Of a DNA stretch of 47,249 nt, positions 42,777 through 47,249 are shown one piece after another (the first letter of the stretch is position 1; the number at the start of each line of letters is the position of its first letter). The position numbers and the translations under genes were made by a program. The notes beneath the pieces are model-generated. The model was not told the DNA's origin. It saw only the letters and a list, made by a program, of their open reading frames with translations, and made no database searches. This DNA comes from Leptospira sp. (lineage in GTDB: Bacteria > Spirochaetota > Leptospiria > Leptospirales > Leptospiraceae): the NCBI GenBank assembly GCA_034439575.1, contig JAWXAQ010000001.1, forward strand, positions 1 through 47,249, in the 5' to 3' direction.

Positions 42777-44072
42777 CTACGGATAAGTTGCTGTCATGAC
42801 GAGATCTGTTCCACTAGAAGCGACGGCTACAAACAATCCATTTCCATATGCGACACTACGCCATTGATTGACTTCATTCGATGAAGTAATTCCGGTCCAG
42901 TTAATTCCATCAGAAGATGTCATGACTCGAGTGGTTCCACTATTTGCTACTGCAACGAATAACCCATTTGCATAGGTTATACCCACCCATTGATTGCCTT
43001 CACTAGTTGAGGTTCTTCCTGTCCATGTTATACCATCAGGAGATGTCATGACTCGATTGGTTCCAGCAAGTGATACTGCAACATAAAGTCCATTTCCATA
43101 GGTAACTGAAACCCAACTATTCGTTGGGCAAGGTCGATTATTCCAGTTAATTCCATCATTAGATATCATAACTCGATTGGTTCCGGAAGTAGCAAGTCCC
43201 ACAAATTGTCCATTTCCATAGTTGACCGCTTGCCAACCATTTGTGTCAGGGGCAGCTACACTTCCTGTCCATGTAATACCGTCTGGAGATGTCATGACTC
43301 TTTGGAATCCAGAAGGTGCGACAGCAACAAATAGACTATTTCCATAGGTGACGCTATTCCATGGATTGGTGGAGGCAGCCGTTCTTGCTGTCCAGTTAAT
43401 ACCATCAGGAGATGTCATTGCTTGGTTGACTCCACTATTTGCAACTGCAACAAATTGCCCATTTCCATAAGTGACTGTTGTCACATTGGATATGGCAGAA
43501 GTTCTTTCTGTCCAGGTAATACCATCTGGAGATGTCATGACTGCATTATTTGCGACTGCAACAAATAGTCCGTTTCCATAGGTAACACTTGTCCATGAGT
43601 AAACGGGAGTAGCTCTTCCCGTCCAACTGCCTAAAGAGGCATTCAGTTGAATCGAAATAGTCGCAGTTCCCGTTCCGAGTGCATTGCCTGCGGTGATTGT
43701 ATAAGTAGTTGCGACTTGCGCTACGGTAGGTGTTCCTGATAGAGCACAAGTGGTAGGATTGATGGAAAGTCCTGTGGGAAGTGCCGGTGAGGATGTGCAA
43801 GAATTTGGGTTTCCAGTTACAGTTGGTGAGATTGTGGTGATGGCGGCATTTGTAGGAAATATATAGGGACTTCCAGAATAGGAAATCGTTGGTGGGGAAT
43901 TACTTCTGGAACCTACAATCAGATTGATCAAACCAAGTTGGATCGGATTACAATTTGGATCCATTTCGGCACAGCTTGTGTCCATGATCTTGCAATTGGA
44001 AAAGAAAAAAGAAATGCTAACTGCAAAAAGGGAAATTGCAATTTGAAAAATTTTTCTAGGATTGGTTCTCAT
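42777..44072 (-). CDS. Lipoprotein with putative Ig domain and 7-bladed Asp-box-like beta-propeller
   Basis: Likely ATG 44072 before lipobox FFSNC; SPALPTGLSINPTTCALSGTPT; seven W..VTYGNGLFVAVA...VMTSPDGI.WT repeats. Confidence 0.82.
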   Translation of the reverse strand: MRTNPRKIFQIAISLFAVSISFFFSNCKIMDTSCAEMDPNCNPIQLGLINLIVGSRSNSPPTISYSGSPYIFPTNAAITTISPTVTGNPNSCTSSPALPTGLSINPTTCALSGTPTVAQVATTYTITAGNALGTGTATISIQLNASLGSWTGRATPVYSWTSVTYGNGLFVAVANNAVMTSPDGITWTERTSAISNVTTVTYGNGQFVAVANSGVNQAMTSPDGINWTARTAASTNPWNSVTYGNSLFVAVAPSGFQRVMTSPDGITWTGSVAAPDTNGWQAVNYGNGQFVGLATSGTNRVMISNDGINWNNRPCPTNSWVSVTYGNGLYVAVSLAGTNRVMTSPDGITWTGRTSTSEGNQWVGITYANGLFVAVANSGTTRVMTSSDGINWTGITSSNEVNQWRSVAYGNGLFVAVASSGTDLVMTATYP

Positions 44073-44327
44073 CAAGAAATTTAGCAATTTAAAAGACACA
44101 GCAACTAACTTTCTAAAAAAAAAGAACTGTAGTCTATTCAATTTTTCAAATGAAGATAGAGCCTTTTTTTCATTAGTTCTCACAGGCAATCGGATCAAGG
44201 GGAAATCCTTTCGGAGTCGTTCATGGAGAGATTGTAAGGAAGGTTGAATTTCCAATTTTCATAACGTTATGGCTTCAGAAGTACGATACTATTTCTATAG
44301 ATCAGGGGGTGTCAGCAATTTTTCGCG

Positions 44328-44447
44328 AAAATATAGTCGCCTTTAAGCCAGTTAGCTTCCTAGAATGGCCATTGTGTCGCAAAAATCAGGTATCCCTTTT
44401 GTCTTTTTGGAGATTGGATCTGTTAATAGAATAACCAAATTCCTATG
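44328..44447 (+). repeat. Dispersed direct repeat, copy 1 (diverged)
   Basis: Ungapped match to 45332-45451; core 44364-44447 is 70/84 identical by manual count. Confidence 0.85.
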
Positions 44448-44504
44448 AGGTAAGCTAAAAATCGGATTTATCGAATTGAGTGAATCTACGATCCTTTACC
44501 AATT

Positions 44505-45338
44505 GTGAAAAATTTTTTTCTAAGTTTACTGCCTTGGTCGAAAAAAGAATGGTCCGACTTTATTGCAGATCTAGCTCCCCTTCTCGGCTTGTTCATTTTT
44601 TCCACAGAGCCAAGAAATATCATGTTACCCTTATATCCTGAACTTTATTTTGTTTTTGGCTATGGACTACTTCGGTTAACATCGATTTCACTCTTTACCG
44701 CCGTTAAACAAGGAAAAGAAATGGGACTTCGTGACTTGGAGATTCCACAACCATGGATTGGAAAAATTTTCTATGTGTTCTTTATCCTCTTTTTCGGATG
44801 CATTTTAATTATCTCTATCGCTTGTATCATTGCACTGCTGATTGGTTTTAATTTCTTTTTCTACTTACTCATCGAGCTTTTCTTGAGTGTTGCTTGTACA
44901 GGTGGTATGGGGGCTAATTTTACTTTCCCTAAATTATACAATTCTCTTTCCCCAAGTGATCAGTATTATATTTGGGGTATGTTTCTATTTACATTGTATC
45001 GTTATGCGCCGAGAGTGATCGACTTTTTTCGAAACCGTGAATATCGAAATGAAGAAAAGTCTTGGGCCTGGCTTGCCCTTGGGACCCCACCCGTTCCTAA
45101 GAACAATCAATTCCAAATGATGGTAATTGCTTTCCAGACAATGAGGGGAAAAGAAAAAATTTCAGAAGAATCAGATTACGGATCCCTAGCAGGAGTTGTT
45201 TACTTTTCATTTTTAATTTTCTATTTCGGAGCTATCATATTAATGATAAAACTTCCATTAGTTGGTCCAGTCATAACTCTCGTTGTGAAAGCGTTTTTCG
45301 AGCTGTATTACTTTAGATTGCACAAGGTTGTAAAATAG
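44505..45338 (+). CDS. Hypothetical multi-pass membrane protein
   Basis: 277-aa ORF with several hydrophobic segments; no family recognised. Confidence 0.65.
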   Translation: MKNFFLSLLPWSKKEWSDFIADLAPLLGLFIFSTEPRNIMLPLYPELYFVFGYGLLRLTSISLFTAVKQGKEMGLRDLEIPQPWIGKIFYVFFILFFGCILIISIACIIALLIGFNFFFYLLIELFLSVACTGGMGANFTFPKLYNSLSPSDQYYIWGMFLFTLYRYAPRVIDFFRNREYRNEEKSWAWLALGTPPVPKNNQFQMMVIAFQTMRGKEKISEESDYGSLAGVVYFSFLIFYFGAIILMIKLPLVGPVITLVVKAFFELYYFRLHKVVK

Positions 45339-45458
45339 AGTGGCCTTTCAGCCGATTCATTTCGCATAATGGGCATTGTATCGCAAGAATCAATTATCCC
45401 TTTTGTTTTTTTGGGGATCGGATCTGGTAAAAGCCTTACCAACTTCCTATGTAGTTAA
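45332..45458 (+). repeat. Dispersed direct repeat, copy 2
   Basis: Matches copy 1 over ~120 bp and copy 3 over 44 bp; contains TGGTAA-aagcc-TTACCA at 45425-45441. Confidence 0.88.
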
Positions 45459-45505
45459 ATTTAAGTTTTTCTAATTCGTCTCTTTTATACGTATTCATTC
45501 TTTGA

Positions 45506-45534
45506 TTGACGTTTTGGACCGGATCTTCTATTGT
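45506..45534 (+). promoter_or_regulatory. Sigma70-type promoter of rsgA
   Basis: TTGACG - 17 bp - TATTGT, about 115 bp upstream of the ATG. Confidence 0.6.
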
Positions 45535-45553
45535 GAAATTCAGAAAACTGAAT

Positions 45554-45650
45554 ATGATTGTTTGATTCCATTCTGAAATTCTAACTCCGCACAATCCTGA
45601 AAAAGGGAAGGGAGTTTTGTATCCATTTCAAAATCAGAAGGAATCAAATG
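45554..45650 (+). promoter_or_regulatory. Structured rsgA 5' leader with SD-sequestering helix and mini-uORF
   Basis: TTTGATTCCaTTCTGA (45561-45576) is complementary to TCAGAAGGAATCAAA (45634-45648); ATG ATT GTT TGA at 45554-45565. Confidence 0.6.
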
Positions 45651-46721
45651 TCACAATCAAAATCACTGCTCACCTCATACGGCTGGGAACCAGAATTATT
45701 TCTTTCGGAACCCTTGGTCGATCTTATCCCTGCACGGGTCATTTCAGTTTATGGAGAATATTCTAAAATTCTAACGGATTCCGGGGAACGTCGCGGAATC
45801 CCATCTGGGATTTTGTTATCTTCCGGAAACACACTTGTTACGGGAGATTGGATTCTTGTCCGAGAAATCGAAGGGGACGATCTTTGTATCGTCGAACGAA
45901 TTCTTCCGAGAAAGACCCTGTTAAAAAGATCGAGTCCCGGAAAACGAAATCAATCACAGGCGATCGCTTCGAATATCGATTTGTTACTCGTGATCATGGG
46001 TCTCGACAACGACTACAGTCCGAGAAGAATCGAACGTTATCTCTTCTTGGCAAAGATCAGCGGCGCCGAAGTCGCAATCGTCTTGAACAAGCGAGATCTA
46101 TGCGAGGACCCAGAGCCAAAATTCGCGGAAATTAAAAAAATCGCAGGGGAAATTCCTGTGATTCTGATTTCGGCTTTGGACCCATTACAAACGGAAAGTC
46201 TGATGGAATTCGTTCGACCCGGAAAAACGATTGCGTTTTTAGGTTCGTCGGGAGCCGGAAAGTCTACGATCATCAATTCTTTGTTAGGCACGGTGATTCA
46301 AAAAACGAATACTCTCAAGGCTAGCGACGGAACTGGAAGACATACAACGACTCACAGGGAACTCTTTCTTTTGCCTCAGGGCGGAATTTTGATGGACAAC
46401 CCCGGTATTCGAGAAGTGGGTCTTTTTTCTGGAGGAGATGAGAACGAGATCGAACTTATCTTTCCTGAGATCGCTTCCGCAGCTTTGGATTGTCGTTTCA
46501 GAGATTGTACTCATCGGGAGGAACCGGGTTGTGCGGTCCAAGTCGCGATCAAAGCGAGAGCAATTCAGGAAGAACGTTATGCGTCTTATCGAAAACTGCT
46601 GAAAGAATTGCAGGCTCACAAGGTTCTTATGGATCCTGTCGAGGCTAGAAAACGGAAACAAAAGGACAAAGAAATGGCCAAAGCTTTGCGTAATAGGCTC
46701 AAAGAAAAGGGAAGAATGTAG
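45648..46721 (+). CDS. rsgA: Ribosome small-subunit-dependent GTPase A (long form)
   Basis: OB fold (TGDW), circularly permuted G motifs NKRD, GSSGAGKS, GRHTT and DNPG, zinc finger CRFRDCTHREEPGC. Confidence 0.95.
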   Translation: MSQSKSLLTSYGWEPELFLSEPLVDLIPARVISVYGEYSKILTDSGERRGIPSGILLSSGNTLVTGDWILVREIEGDDLCIVERILPRKTLLKRSSPGKRNQSQAIASNIDLLLVIMGLDNDYSPRRIERYLFLAKISGAEVAIVLNKRDLCEDPEPKFAEIKKIAGEIPVILISALDPLQTESLMEFVRPGKTIAFLGSSGAGKSTIINSLLGTVIQKTNTLKASDGTGRHTTTHRELFLLPQGGILMDNPGIREVGLFSGGDENEIELIFPEIASAALDCRFRDCTHREEPGCAVQVAIKARAIQEERYASYRKLLKELQAHKVLMDPVEARKRKQKDKEMAKALRNRLKEKGRM

Positions 46722-46890
46722 AATTCCGATTTCTCTGAGGGTTTTGGTACGAAGCAAAATCAGGAGATTTAAGGGCCTGGGCAGTTTTGCAAAATTTTTT
46801 TTCTCGATTTGCAAACCAATTCGGCATAAAAATACTCAAACACGAGGATCGTATTATGCAAAAAAAAGAAAATCGGGCTTTGGTATTTGT

Positions 46891-46934
46891 GGATCGGATC
46901 TGGTAAAAGCCTTACCAACTTCCTATATAGTTAA
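46891..46934 (+). repeat. Dispersed direct repeat, copy 3 (core only)
   Basis: 43/44 identical to 45415-45458. Confidence 0.88.
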
Positions 46935-46951
46935 TTCCCTCCCCAACAAAC

Positions 46952-46981
46952 AAAAAAAGCCCCACTGTTTAGGTGAGGCTT
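46952..46981 (-). terminator. Intrinsic terminator downstream of the 16S rRNA gene
   Basis: Minus strand reads AAGCCTCAC-ctaaaca-GTGGGGCTT-TTTTT. Confidence 0.72.
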
Positions 46982-47223
46982 ACTTTCTTCAACCATATAA
47001 CTGGCATTTGTCTTTAGTTGTTTCGAACCGGCTCCTGAGCCTGTCGAAGGGACATTTACAATATAGAACACAGAAACAGTCTGGGAGACTGTTTCTAGAC
47101 GACGAAGGTTGAAAACCGAGGAGTGCTTTCGGAACGAAAGCCAACTAGATTCATTTACAATATACAACGTAGCGTGACCATTCCGATTCATCTAACAAGG
47201 GATGGTTAAATTGTTCCTTTATA

Positions 47224-47249
47224 AAAGGAGGTGATCCAGCCGCACCTTC
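47224..47249 (-). rRNA. rrs: 16S rRNA, 3' end only (gene continues beyond the window)
   Basis: Reverse complement GAAGGTGCGGCTGGATCACCTCCTTT is the conserved 16S 3' terminus with the anti-SD. Confidence 0.97.

Noticed and set aside
2604-44247. Many short antisense or nested ORFs within long genes
   Set aside because: Shadow frames of well-supported CDSs with no independent evidence.
44328-46934. CRISPR array or classical integron attC array
   Set aside because: Spacing is 1-1.5 kb with whole genes between repeats, there are no cas or intI genes, and no attC-type RYYYAAC/GTTRRRY ends.
46284-47191. ORFs 46284-46814 (-), 46744-47112 (+) and 46931-47191 (-)
   Set aside because: They are antisense to rsgA or overlap the repeat, terminator and rRNA trailer, with no recognisable motifs.

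Overview
AT-rich bacterial chromosome segment that looks like a Leptospira species. The assignment is inferred from spirochaetal lipoprotein signal peptides, Leptospira-type gene families and a 16S rRNA gene with no downstream tRNA or 23S. The left ~23 kb is core-like: lpxB 3' part, AsmA-like/TPR/UvrD-Rep cluster, GST, NUDIX, MFS, a lipoprotein/beta-rich protein/PLD operon behind uvrC, an MCP with a signal-peptidase-like gene, SRPBCC, RecQ, VOC and CopD-like genes. From ~23.6 to 45.5 kb is an accessory region rich in modular surface lipoproteins (Ig-like, NHL, LamG, DUF1554, ASH and beta-propeller modules), with a hybrid kinase, a tandem cNMP-binding protein and gene remnants. The window ends with rsgA converging on the 3' end of a 16S rRNA gene. 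The most notable signals are: (1) one ~980-codon lipoprotein-metzincin reading frame interrupted only by an in-frame TGA at a domain boundary, followed by a SECIS-like hairpin; (2) a structured rsgA leader in which a 3-codon uORF overlaps a strand that sequesters the SD; (3) three copies of a palindrome-containing repeat bracketing two genes like cassettes; (4) a signal-peptidase homologue lacking both catalytic residues; (5) mix-and-match domain sharing among the neighbouring surface lipoproteins. All family assignments come from motif recognition, not database searches.
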